Shown one piece after another: positions 1 through 9,898 of a DNA stretch of 34,429 bases. The notes beneath the pieces are model-generated. The model saw only the letters and a list, made by a program, of their open reading frames with translations, ran no database searches and was not told where the DNA came from. The position numbers and the translations under genes were made by a program. Numbering within the stretch: the stretch's first letter is position 1; each line of letters starts with the position of its first letter. The DNA comes from an uncultured Chloroflexia bacterium (GTDB taxonomy: Bacteria; Chloroflexota; Limnocylindria; Limnocylindrales; CSP1-4), in contig CAWHXD010000015.1 of NCBI GenBank assembly GCA_963833225.1, positions 1 through 34,429 of the forward strand, in the 5' to 3' direction.

Positions 1-187
1 TGGCGGCGGACTCGCGGATCGCGGAGCGGTCGAACGAGTGAGGTGACGCTCGCGGAGGTGTCTGTGCTCTCGTCGGAGGCTTGTCGAACAGACGCGGCTT
101 CTCGACCGTCGTAGTGTTCAAGATGCCTGCTCGATTTGCACGACGGAGTCACGCAGGACCTGGGTTGCGGAACATGGAGGGCAGAGA

Positions 188-745
188 GTGGCGATCCCCA
201 ACCGGCTCCGGATCGCACTTGTGTCCCTCGGGTTGATCGGGTTTCTCGCAGTGGCCGCTGCGCGCGGCGTAGAGGCCGCTCAACCGTGTGTCGCCTCATA
301 TGTCGTGCTCGGACAGCTTGGAGGGATCAGCGGTCCGACGCCCACTGATTGGTTCAACATCTTCGGCGAGCACTTCGATTCATCGGTGCCGGCCAGGATC
401 AGGTTCGGGGTCCCGGTGATCCCATTGTCGATCGAGCGTCCGCAAGAGTCGCTGCCACCGGTGACCGAGTTCACGGTCCCGTCGGAGTCGATGTCGGCCG
501 GCTTCAAGTGGACCTTTCGCACGCGTGACCCCGGAGTGCAGTCGATCCGGGTCCGGATCGTCGGCAAAGCCTGCACGGCGACGACGCTCGTTGACTTATC
601 GCCTCCCGACACATCCACTGCCGAACCGACACCTGTCCCAACGGGCCCACCGTCCGCAGAGGTGCTGCTGGCCGCCGCGTCCGTCAGCGGTCTGGCTTTC
701 CGGGCGATCCTCAGACGCAAGACCCGCCCACGCTCGGAGACCTGA
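188..745 (+). CDS. Exported hypothetical protein with a C-terminal sorting-signal-like tail
   Basis: GTG start after GGAGG/GAGA. N-terminal signal peptide (RLRIALVSLGLIGFLAVAAA). C-terminus has PPDTST, a Pro/Thr linker, a hydrophobic helix and a basic tail (RRKTRPR). Confidence 0.7.
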   Translation: MAIPNRLRIALVSLGLIGFLAVAAARGVEAAQPCVASYVVLGQLGGISGPTPTDWFNIFGEHFDSSVPARIRFGVPVIPLSIERPQESLPPVTEFTVPSESMSAGFKWTFRTRDPGVQSIRVRIVGKACTATTLVDLSPPDTSTAEPTPVPTGPPSAEVLLAAASVSGLAFRAILRRKTRPRSET

Positions 746-889
746 GGCCCCGTCGGCCGGCCCGGCAGCTCCCTCGAGCCCGAGGCGCCGCCACGCTCCG
801 GCGCGTCGTTGCCCCAGGTGACATTCGCGCACGCTGGCCGAGGCCGACGTGCTCTCGACCGATTGTCGCCGCGGGATCAGACTGCCGCC

Positions 890-1315
890 ATGTCCAGGCG
901 GCAGAAGGTTCTGCTCCCGCTCGCGGCGCTGGGATTGCTTCTGGCCGGCGGCGCTGGGCTCTGGGTGCTGCCCGTGCTCACAGGTCCGTCGCTGCCGACT
1001 GGTGCCACGCGCCTGCAGATCACCACGGACGGCCCAAACCTATCCTTCGGCTGCGCCACCGCTCTGCTGGCACCCATTCGCGTGACCACGTCTGGTGACG
1101 GGCTCGTGCTCGTCAACGTGGCATCGGGCGAGCCGGTGAAGGTGGCTTGGCCCAGCGGGTTCGCCGCATGGAGGGTCGAAGGACGCGCGGTTGTGGCGGA
1201 TCCGTGGGGAAACGTCGTCGGTCGTGAGGGGGACATCTTGGACAGCCTCGGAGGCGGTGTTGGTGTCGACGACACCTTCCACATCTGTCCGCTCGGGATC
1301 GTGACCAGGGGCTGA
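890..1315 (+). CDS. Membrane-anchored or exported hypothetical protein (about 141 aa)
   Basis: ATG 890 is in frame with ORF 809..1315 and has CAGACT 6 nt upstream. N-terminal RR plus TM helix. Two Cys (FGCAT, HICP) and a VAWPSGF motif. Confidence 0.7.
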   Translation: MSRRQKVLLPLAALGLLLAGGAGLWVLPVLTGPSLPTGATRLQITTDGPNLSFGCATALLAPIRVTTSGDGLVLVNVASGEPVKVAWPSGFAAWRVEGRAVVADPWGNVVGREGDILDSLGGGVGVDDTFHICPLGIVTRG

Positions 1316-1468
1316 CAGGGGATGCTGACGATGGTCACCTGGAATGAGCCGCGCAGATCGGACTAGTGAATCACACGCGAGTCTCGGATCTCGTGCTCAG
1401 GTGACGTTGGCGAACGCTCGCGGATCGATGTGAAACGTTGCTTCGTCGTGCCGCGCCATTTCGGACAG

Positions 1469-1879
1469 ATGGAGACACGGGTTCGGCACAGCCTGCTCGT
1501 TGGTGGGGTCGCCCTTCTCGTCGCCGCGTGCGCCGGGCCGAGATTCAGCGCACCGCCGGAGGCGGCCGGTCCCGACATCGTCTTGCGCGCCTATTTGCAA
1601 GCCCTGGTGATGGGGGACTGCTCGGCTGGTCCGGTTCTCGGCACTTCGACGTTCGGTTTCGGCAACGGCGAGCTTTGCGGCCAGACCACGGTGAGGAGCT
1701 TCAGGATCGATGGCCCGCCTGCAGGGTCGATCGAGACCGAGGTCGTCTTCGCCACGACGCTCGTGACGAGCGGTACCGGGGACGGCAGCGTCCCGCCTGG
1801 GACGCTGACGTGGTTCTACGACCTGAAGCGTCAGCCGACCGGTGCGTGGCGACTCGCGGGGGGCGGCTCTGGTCCCTGA
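1469..1879 (+). CDS. Putative lipoprotein (NTF2/DUF4829-like)
   Basis: Lipobox LVAAC after a hydrophobic stretch. LRAYLQAL..GD and WFYDLKR...WRL patterns. Start uncertain (1430 GTG or 1469 ATG). Confidence 0.65.
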   Translation: METRVRHSLLVGGVALLVAACAGPRFSAPPEAAGPDIVLRAYLQALVMGDCSAGPVLGTSTFGFGNGELCGQTTVRSFRIDGPPAGSIETEVVFATTLVTSGTGDGSVPPGTLTWFYDLKRQPTGAWRLAGGGSGP

Positions 1880-2124
1880 TCGCCCGGACGCCGGAGGTGA
1901 TCGAAGCCCATCTCCCTCAGGCCTTCGTGACCGGCGCCATGAAGGTTCCGGCACAGGTGCTTGTGATCGTCGTTCGCGACCCGGATGTGCAGCGGGCTGT
2001 CGAGAAGATCGGCTCGGGCCTCACGCGCATCTTGCCCTCGGGCCGCCACATGGATGTTTGGCCGATGAGCCCGAGCGACGGACTGCTTCCGTCCGTCCGG
2101 GGAGCGGATTGTCGGGTTGGTTGA
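1876..2124 (+). pseudogene. 5'-truncated fragment resembling an SseB C-terminal domain
   Basis: The frame reads PEVIEAHLPQAFVTGAMKVPAQVLVIVV...MDVWPM...LLPSVR to TGA 2124. It abuts the previous stop with no convincing start or RBS (possible GTG 1897). Family call is by resemblance only. Confidence 0.4.
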
Positions 2125-2254
2125 CGCCCTGGGCGCGGCCAGCGCGCGCACAGCCTGCTGGAGCTGCGCGTCGGGAAGATCTACCGCGAGAAGTCGATCT
2201 TCGGCCCGACGTCCGAAGCCCCCGCGTGGCGCAGTCGCTGGGTCGAGCGGATCG

Positions 2255-2425
2255 AGTAGCCAATCGCCGCGGCGGCAAAGCTAACGCTAACCGGGCCGGC
2301 CTGGGGCCCGACGAGGTTCCGGAGCCCGCGGTTACGCTCGAGGGTACGGTTCAGGACGGCAAGCCCGGGCTGCCACGGTCAGGAGACCGCGCCTGGTCAG
2401 ACCAATAGGGAGTCGGCGGCTTCCT
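2255..2425 (+). ncRNA. Candidate structured small RNA (long irregular rod, 6S-like architecture), unidentified
   Basis: Nested pairings found by eye: 2290-2296/2391-2397, 2297-2299/2387-2389, 2300-2304/2379-2383, 2305-2310/2366-2371, 2318-2326/2348-2356. G-U pairs favour the + strand. A-rich flanks. No credible ORF. Confidence 0.3.
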
Positions 2426-2446
2426 GACGCGGGATTCCCCCGTGTC
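2426..2446 (+). terminator. Hairpin GACGCGGG-ATTCC-CCCGTGTC, possible terminator
   Basis: 8-bp stem with one G-U pair, between the candidate RNA and the convergent DUF2652 stop. No U-tract. Confidence 0.3.
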
Positions 2447-2499
2447 GCGGCTGAGCGTCCGCGCCTGATGCTGGCGGTCGGAGCCCGGCCTGCGGGGGT

Positions 2500-3201
2500 T
2501 CACGGGGTCGGGACGGGCTCGCTTCCCGGTTCGCCGAGCTCCACGATGCGGCCCTGGATCCGTCCCGCGTCCGGATACGCCTCCTCGTGCGCGAGGCCAA
2601 CTCGGGACAGCCCGAGTCCGATTGCGGCAGCATCGGTCAGGAACAGGTAGGGCCGGAAGCCGATCCGCTCTCGAATGGTGTTCTTGAGCAGCCGGTGTGC
2701 CACGGTCACGGCCGGACCCAGCAGGTCACTGCCGGACCCGACCGCCTGGCGCACCGCGTGACCCCGGTGGAGCACGATCTTGAGATCGAGGCTTGCGACC
2801 GCGGGGCAGGCCGTGCAGACGTGGTCGGTGGCGGGGATGGCGCGCGTGCGACCGTCGATGAACGCCCGGTACATCGCCCCGAGCTTATCGAGGACCCGGT
2901 CCCCCTGGCCATCGAGGGCGTCCGCAGGCGCCACGGCGAAGACCGCATCGCCCTCGAGCTTGACGATGGCGAAGTCGGGCTCGACTCCCCCGCTGACGGC
3001 GCCGAGGAGGGCACCGAGGACGGCGTAGGCGGCGGGGATGCCCGCGCTGAAGTCAACCCCGTGGTCGCGCTCAACACCCGCCATGAAGCCTGTGTAGCCG
3101 GAGATGTCGGCGAGCAGCAGGTACCGCTCGCCTGCCGGCGCGTCTGTCGTTGCCGGCAACCCGGATCGCTGTGCTCGGTCCACGTGTGCCTCTTGTGCCA
3201 T
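2500..3201 (-). CDS. DUF2652 domain protein (class III nucleotidyl cyclase-like fold)
   Basis: LLLADISGYTGF, KLEGDAVF, CTAC...LDLKIVLHRG and LLGPAVTVAHRLLKN motifs. Start at ATG 3201. Confidence 0.85.
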   Translation of the reverse strand: MAQEAHVDRAQRSGLPATTDAPAGERYLLLADISGYTGFMAGVERDHGVDFSAGIPAAYAVLGALLGAVSGGVEPDFAIVKLEGDAVFAVAPADALDGQGDRVLDKLGAMYRAFIDGRTRAIPATDHVCTACPAVASLDLKIVLHRGHAVRQAVGSGSDLLGPAVTVAHRLLKNTIRERIGFRPYLFLTDAAAIGLGLSRVGLAHEEAYPDAGRIQGRIVELGEPGSEPVPTP

Positions 3202-3403
3202 GCCCTGATCAGGACGTCTGCCCCCCCTGTTGGGCCGCCGACGTTCGAGGCGACCGGACGGGAGGGCCACCCTACGGGACGCCGCCCCGGGTGTAAAGGC
3301 GAGGGCCCCAGGTCTGCCCGGCCCGCATGGGAGCACGTCCGCGGCGACTCGCCGGGGAGGACCGGGGGTTGCAGGTCATCTCGGCCCGGGTGAGCATTCG
3401 CCC

Positions 3404-3967
3404 ATGCCGAAGCTGATCGCCCCCGATTCGCGCCTGCGTCCGTCGTTCGCCGCCGCGATGGATGAGCTCCGGGCAGAGGGCCGGGGATCGGCAGACGACC
3501 GCACGGTGATCGGCCGGTACTTGCGTGACCATGCCCAGGCGATGTCGACTGACGAGGCCTTCGGCGCGTTCGTCGCGGCGATCCGAGCGGATCGGCACGA
3601 GGACACGCCGCGCCCGCCGGGCTTCGTCCCGGCCACTGAGCTGTGGTGGGTCGACGGCGACGAGTTCCTGGGCAGGGTCGGTGTCCGCCATCGCCTGACA
3701 CCGATGCTGCTCGAGATCGGTGGGCACATCGGTTACGACGTCCGGCCGTCGGCGAGGCGGCGTGGTTACGCGACCGAGATGCTCCGGCAGGCGCTCGCCG
3801 TCGCTCGCGAGCTCGGGATCGACCGGGCCCTCGTCACCTGCGACGTCGACAACGTCGGATCGAGGGCGGTGATCGAGCGGAACGGTGGGGTTCTCGAGGA
3901 CCGGCGTGGCGGCAAGCTTCGCTACTGGGTGCCAACGACCCCGTCGCCGGCCATTCGCGAACGCTGA
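3404..3967 (+). CDS. GNAT family N-acetyltransferase
   Basis: GRVGVRHRL...GGHIGYDVRPSARRRGYAT and VTCDVDNVGSRAVIERNGG motifs. ATG 3404. Confidence 0.9.
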   Translation: MPKLIAPDSRLRPSFAAAMDELRAEGRGSADDRTVIGRYLRDHAQAMSTDEAFGAFVAAIRADRHEDTPRPPGFVPATELWWVDGDEFLGRVGVRHRLTPMLLEIGGHIGYDVRPSARRRGYATEMLRQALAVARELGIDRALVTCDVDNVGSRAVIERNGGVLEDRRGGKLRYWVPTTPSPAIRER

Positions 3968-4178
3968 GCGCCGGACCCCTGCCCACCTGGCCGGCGGATG
4001 ACAATGCGGCGGTCTGGGGGAAAGGGCTATGCAGGCGCGTGGGGCTCGCAGCTCCGCTCGGGGACCCGGGCCGCGCTCGAGGTGCGGCGGGGGCTGCCGG
4101 TGCCTGTGGTGCCGACGCCCTGAGGTCACATGCCGCTTCCGGCCGCACGTGCAGGGGTTGGCCGTACGAGCGCGGGGT

Positions 4179-4723
4179 TCAATATCCTCCGACCGCCAGC
4201 GCCCGCTCCAGCTCCGGGGTTCCGGCGAGCGCTGAGATAAGCCTGACCGCCGGCGGCTCGGCGAGCCGTGGTCCCAGCTCCAGGCCGAACCAGTCGACGC
4301 CGTGCCAGCGGCCGAACTTGTAGCCGATCGCCTCGAACGCGCCGACCCGCTCGAAGCCCAGGGCGAGGTGAAGCCCCAGAGCCGGAGGATCGCCGGCAGC
4401 GCCGTCATGCACGCCCGGCCGATCCCTCGCCAGGTGAAGGTTTCGTCCACGTAGACGGTGGTCTCAACCGTCCAGTCGTAGGCTGCACGCTCGCGGTGCC
4501 GCGAGCCGTACGCGTAGCCGCGAACCTCGCCGTCGAGATCGGCCACCACCCACGGCGTCCGCTCCAGCACGCGCGCGATCCGGATGGCCATCTCGTCCGC
4601 GGTGGGTGGCTCGAGCTCGAACGAGATGGCGGTCCGCTCGACACACGGGCGGTAGATCGCGGTGCAGGCCGCCGCGTCGTCGCGTGTGGCGAGTCGAAGG
4701 ATCAGGGCATCGGCGGGCGGCAT
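4179..4723 (-). pseudogene. Phosphinothricin/YncA-type GNAT acetyltransferase, frameshifted by an internal deletion
   Basis: N-half (ISFELEPP...GYAY..HRERAAYDWTVETTVYV...RGIG) and C-half (LHLALGFERVG...GYKFGRWH) are in different frames joined near 4365-4378. The usual AGI..PN..S segment is missing. Confidence 0.8.
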
Positions 4724-4752
4724 CGTCGTGACCTCGAGCGGCGCGGTCCAGC

Positions 4753-6261
4753 TCAGTACAGGCGCGGGAACCGGGCCCGCCACCAGGACGCGAGGTCGAT
4801 CGGCGTGGCGTCGTCGAGGGCGTCGAGCAGCGTCCGCGTGTGGACGATGCCCCAGCGATGGTCGGCGACGTAGCCGCGGAGCGCGGCCCAGAACGCCGTC
4901 GAGCCCATCTTGTTGCGGGTCCGATTGAGCAGGTTGCCGCCCTGGATGTAGATGTCCTCGTAGTAGCAGGTGAAGGAGTAGTGGTAGATCGACAGGTCGA
5001 GCTCGGCCTTTGCGCAGCGCGAGCCGCGACGCATGCCCAGCACGTCGCGGGCGACGAAGTCGGTCACCGCCTCGTCGGCGAACGGCTCCCGCGCCTGATC
5101 GTTGCCGACGATGCCGTAGAACCACTGGTGGGCGATCTCGTGGGTGACGAGATAGGCGAGGTTGGAACCAGTGCCGGTCGGGATCCAGGCGATGCCGGGG
5201 CCTTCCATCCCGTAGGCACCCGCCGACTGGACGACCTTGAGCACCCGGTACGGGTAGGGGCCGAGCTTCGCCTCGATCTTGACCAGCGCGTTCTTGGCCG
5301 CTCGGAGCGCGGCCGCCGCCGGGAACCCCGGCCGGTACACGAGGCGCACGATGTTGTCCCCGACGGTCGCCTGCTTCGATCGGTAGCCGGCCGATGCCGT
5401 GACCACGAAATCGCGCACGTTGGTCGCCCTGAAGGTCCGGGTCAGGCCGTCGGCAGACTTCGCGATCAGGTTGCCGGTGTTGCCGTAGCGGACCTTGCGG
5501 TCGGTGCGGATGGTGACGGTGACCTGCGGGCTGACCGGGGTCACGAACGGGTCGCCGTAGTTCGGCCGCGCGAACCGGCGCCTGCGGCTGACCCAGGGAA
5601 TCCAGCGGTACATGTCGACGATGCCGTTGGTCCGCGTGAACAGCCAGTTCGAGCCTGCGAGGTTGGATCGGAGGGTGGCCGCGAAGCGGACGACGACGAC
5701 GGTCGTGGCTCCGTCGGGCAGGACGCCGCCGAGGGGGACGACGATCGTCTGGCCGCTCACGGTCGGGGTGACCGCGGTGCCATCGACGGTGACCGACCGG
5801 ACCCGCAGGCGTCCCAGCTTGGCCATCACGGTGTTGAGCTCGAGGCGGTCGATGCCGGCGCCGGACTGGTTCCGGGCGTTGATCGTGACCCGGCCCCTGA
5901 GGCTGCGCGCGTCCACGGCGAGGCGCACGTTCGCGTCGTAGGTGGCCCGGATCGCGAGGCTGGTCCGGTTGACCGAGCCGGGGACGATCGCGCTGGCCGC
6001 GGCCGTGGTGGATTCGGGATTCGTCGCGCTGGTCCCGTCCGCCCCGACCGTCCCGGCCGTGCCGACCGTCGCGGCCTCGGGGCTCGCGGCCGACGTGGGA
6101 GGCGGGGAGGGGATCGGCCCCGTCGCCGGCGGCACCGGGGCCTGGATCACGGTCGCATCGCTGGTCGTCGGCATCATGGCGGCAACCGGGACCGGCATCG
6201 CGGCGGTCGTTGCGAGGACCAGCGCGAGCAGCCGCCGCGTCAGGCGTCGGGTCGCGGACAT
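4753..6261 (-). CDS. Secreted M1-family (gluzincin) metallopeptidase
   Basis: HEIAH-x18-E zinc motif, GAYGMEGP exopeptidase-like motif, signal peptide and P/T/A-rich linker. TACCAT 6 nt before ATG 6261. Confidence 0.85.
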   Translation of the reverse strand: MSATRRLTRRLLALVLATTAAMPVPVAAMMPTTSDATVIQAPVPPATGPIPSPPPTSAASPEAATVGTAGTVGADGTSATNPESTTAAASAIVPGSVNRTSLAIRATYDANVRLAVDARSLRGRVTINARNQSGAGIDRLELNTVMAKLGRLRVRSVTVDGTAVTPTVSGQTIVVPLGGVLPDGATTVVVVRFAATLRSNLAGSNWLFTRTNGIVDMYRWIPWVSRRRRFARPNYGDPFVTPVSPQVTVTIRTDRKVRYGNTGNLIAKSADGLTRTFRATNVRDFVVTASAGYRSKQATVGDNIVRLVYRPGFPAAAALRAAKNALVKIEAKLGPYPYRVLKVVQSAGAYGMEGPGIAWIPTGTGSNLAYLVTHEIAHQWFYGIVGNDQAREPFADEAVTDFVARDVLGMRRGSRCAKAELDLSIYHYSFTCYYEDIYIQGGNLLNRTRNKMGSTAFWAALRGYVADHRWGIVHTRTLLDALDDATPIDLASWWRARFPRLY

Positions 6262-6413
6262 GGCCAGATGGTAGTCGCTGACGGCGAGTCCGCCGCCGGC
6301 CCCCATGCTGTCTGCGAGGCGCCACGCTTGGCGCCAGGCTGAGAATCATACGCAGCGGCGGAGTCGACGGACGACGGTTGGGTCTCCGGGCAGCGGCGGT
6401 GGATACTGTCGCC

Positions 6414-7817
6414 ATGCCCAACGATGCCGTGCGTGGAGACGGCGCCGGCCTGATCCGCGCCATCGCCGCCGTGCTCCCTGATCTGCGCCTGCTCACCGAC
6501 GAGGTCGACCGCGAGTCCTACCGTCGCGACGAGACCGCGTACCTGGCGGCCGGCCTGCCGCTGGCCGTGGCCCTGCCGGATACCGCGGCGCAGGTCGCCG
6601 AGCTCGTCCGGCTGTGTGGTGAGCACGACGTTCCGATCGTGCCTCGCGGCGCAGGCACCGGGCTGTCTGGTGCTGCGGCGGGCATCGAAGGGGCGCTGAC
6701 CATCGCCTTCACCCGGATGAACCGCGTGATCGAGATCGACCGGGCGAACCTCACCGTCACCACCCAGCCTGGCGTGGTCAACGCTGATCTCAAGGCCGCG
6801 GTGGCGGCGGAGGGCCTGTTCTACGCGCCGGATCCCGCGTCCTATGAGACGTGCACGATCGGCGGCAACCTGGGCACCAACGCCGGCGGCCTGTGCTGCG
6901 TGAAATACGGCGTGACACGGGACGCGGTGCTCGGCCTCGAGGTCGTGATGGCCGATGCGACGGTCCTCCGACTGGGCGGCAAGAACGTCAAGGACGTCGC
7001 CGGCTACGGCCTCATCCCGTTGCTCGTCGGCAGCCAGGGCACGCTGGGGCTGATCACCGAGGCGACACTTCGGCTGCGTCCTGCGCCCCCGCCGCGGTCG
7101 ACGGTGCTCGCCTTCTTCCCGACGCTCGAGGCGGCCGGCGAGGCGGTGGCCGCGCTGACCGCGAACGGCCTGGGTCCGGTCACGCTCGAGCTCATGGACC
7201 AGTTCACGATTCGGGCCGTCGATGACGTGCATCGCCTGGGCCTCGAGCGCGACGCGGCCGCGATGCTGCTGATCGAATCGGATCTCCCCGGTGAGGCGGG
7301 CACGGCCGAGGCCGACGCCGCCCAGCAGGGATGCGAGGCGGTCGGTGCGACGCTCGTCGTCCGGGCAGCCGACGCGCAGGAAGCGGAGTGGCTGCGCCAG
7401 GGCCGGCGGCTCGCCTTCCGGGCGCTCGAGGAGCTGGGTGTCGCCCGGATGGAGGATGTGGGCGTGCCCCGCAGCCGGGTGCCCGAGATGCTGCGCGCGA
7501 TCGAGACGATCGGGGAGCGCCACGGCCTGACGATCGGCACCTTCGGCCACGCGGGCGACGGCAACCTGCATCCGACGTTCGTGCTGGATCGCGAAGCCGG
7601 CGACACAGGTCGCCTCCAGCTGGATGCGGCGCGGGCCGACCTGTACGAGGCGGCGATCTCGCTGGGTGGCACGGTGACCGGCGAGCATGGGATCGGCGTC
7701 GCCCGCCGGGACTGGCTCGTCCGTCAGCGTGGCGAGGCGGCGGTCCAGGTGATGCGCGCAATCAAGGGAGCGCTCGACCCGCGGGGTCTGCTCAACCCGG
7801 GGCGCATGCTCGCCTGA
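6414..7817 (+). CDS. FAD-linked oxidase, GlcD / D-2-hydroxyacid dehydrogenase family
   Basis: PRGAGTGLSG, PDPAS..CTIGGN, KYGVTRD, GSQGTLG, GHAGDGNLH, GEHGIG and LNPG motifs. Confidence 0.92.
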   Translation: MPNDAVRGDGAGLIRAIAAVLPDLRLLTDEVDRESYRRDETAYLAAGLPLAVALPDTAAQVAELVRLCGEHDVPIVPRGAGTGLSGAAAGIEGALTIAFTRMNRVIEIDRANLTVTTQPGVVNADLKAAVAAEGLFYAPDPASYETCTIGGNLGTNAGGLCCVKYGVTRDAVLGLEVVMADATVLRLGGKNVKDVAGYGLIPLLVGSQGTLGLITEATLRLRPAPPPRSTVLAFFPTLEAAGEAVAALTANGLGPVTLELMDQFTIRAVDDVHRLGLERDAAAMLLIESDLPGEAGTAEADAAQQGCEAVGATLVVRAADAQEAEWLRQGRRLAFRALEELGVARMEDVGVPRSRVPEMLRAIETIGERHGLTIGTFGHAGDGNLHPTFVLDREAGDTGRLQLDAARADLYEAAISLGGTVTGEHGIGVARRDWLVRQRGEAAVQVMRAIKGALDPRGLLNPGRMLA

Positions 7818-8043
7818 CGCCGCGAAGCGCTTGCCCGGTCGCGGTTCAACAGGCCGCGGCTCGCCTGCTCGCCTGGTCGTGCGCCTGCTCGCCAGGCTGC
7901 CTGGCGAACGGCAGGAGCCTGATGGCCCGGGCCGAGACGCACGGGTCCCGGTGGGCGGCCCGACCCCCGCAGGTGGTGCCCGACGGCCCTCGCGGTGAGC
8001 TCCGTCGTGGCCCACGATCCCGACACCGCACCGGAGTCGCGTC

Positions 8044-8565
8044 ATGAACCCCGCCGGCGTTCTCGTCGCCTACGCCAGCCAGTCCGGGTCCACGGCCGGG
8101 ATCGCAGAGGTCATCGCCTCGGAGATCCGGCGAGCCGGCCTGTCCGTCGACTGCCGGCCTGCCAGCGAGGTCGACGACCTGGCCGCGTACGCCGCGATCG
8201 TCCTGGGCAGCGGCGTGTTCCTCGCGCACCGTGGCTCCGATGGCGGTGGCTTCCTGCCACGTCACGCAGCCGCGCTCGGGACACGCCGTGTGTGGCTGTT
8301 CACCGCCGGTCCGATCGGGCGCGGCCGGACCCACGACGGCGTCGTCGCGGGTGACGGCGCGGTGATGGACGTTGCGCGGCGCATCGGGGCTCGAGGCGCG
8401 GCAACCTTCGGGGCCATGGACCCGCGCACCGACGCCGATCCCCTGGAGCGACTCCAGCCGGTGGATCTGGTGCGGGTTCGTGGCTGGGCGCGCTCGATCG
8501 CCGACGAGCTGTCCGCGAGCCGCTCCTGCGCGACCGGGCAGGAGAGGGTCGCCGCCGCGATGTGA
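8044..8565 (+). CDS. Flavodoxin-domain protein (HemG/Flavodoxin_5-like)
   Basis: VLVAYASQSGSTAGIAEVIA FMN-binding loop, AIVLGSGV, VWLFTAGP and VRGWARSI. GGAG RBS. Confidence 0.85.
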   Translation: MNPAGVLVAYASQSGSTAGIAEVIASEIRRAGLSVDCRPASEVDDLAAYAAIVLGSGVFLAHRGSDGGGFLPRHAAALGTRRVWLFTAGPIGRGRTHDGVVAGDGAVMDVARRIGARGAATFGAMDPRTDADPLERLQPVDLVRVRGWARSIADELSASRSCATGQERVAAAM

Positions 8566-8610
8566 CGCGATCCGGGATGGAGTTGCCCCGGTTTCGTGGA
8601 CGGTGATGCG

Positions 8611-9891
<1,281 letters not shown>

Positions 9892-9898
9892 CCGCGCC

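Noticed and set aside
1-135. Possible 3' end of an upstream gene
   Set aside because: Too little sequence to support a frame or a product.
2280-2337. attC-like site (GCTAAC...GTTACGC)
   Set aside because: A single instance not repeated between the neighbouring small genes, with no integrase in the window.
2308-2372. Resemblance to ykkC/guanidine-I, c-di-GMP-I or cobalamin riboswitch fragments (GGTTCCG, AAGCCCGGG, TCAGGAGACC)
   Set aside because: Only isolated words match and core elements are missing. There is no downstream gene on that strand.
3272-6496. 1074-aa minus-strand ORF
   Set aside because: Arg/Pro-rich off-frame shadow of the M1 peptidase. Only 4723 to about 4372 is real (the GNAT N-half).
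7858-7915. Short TCGCCTG repeats and a hairpin after the FAD oxidase
   Set aside because: Too short and GC-rich to separate from chance. No U-tract.
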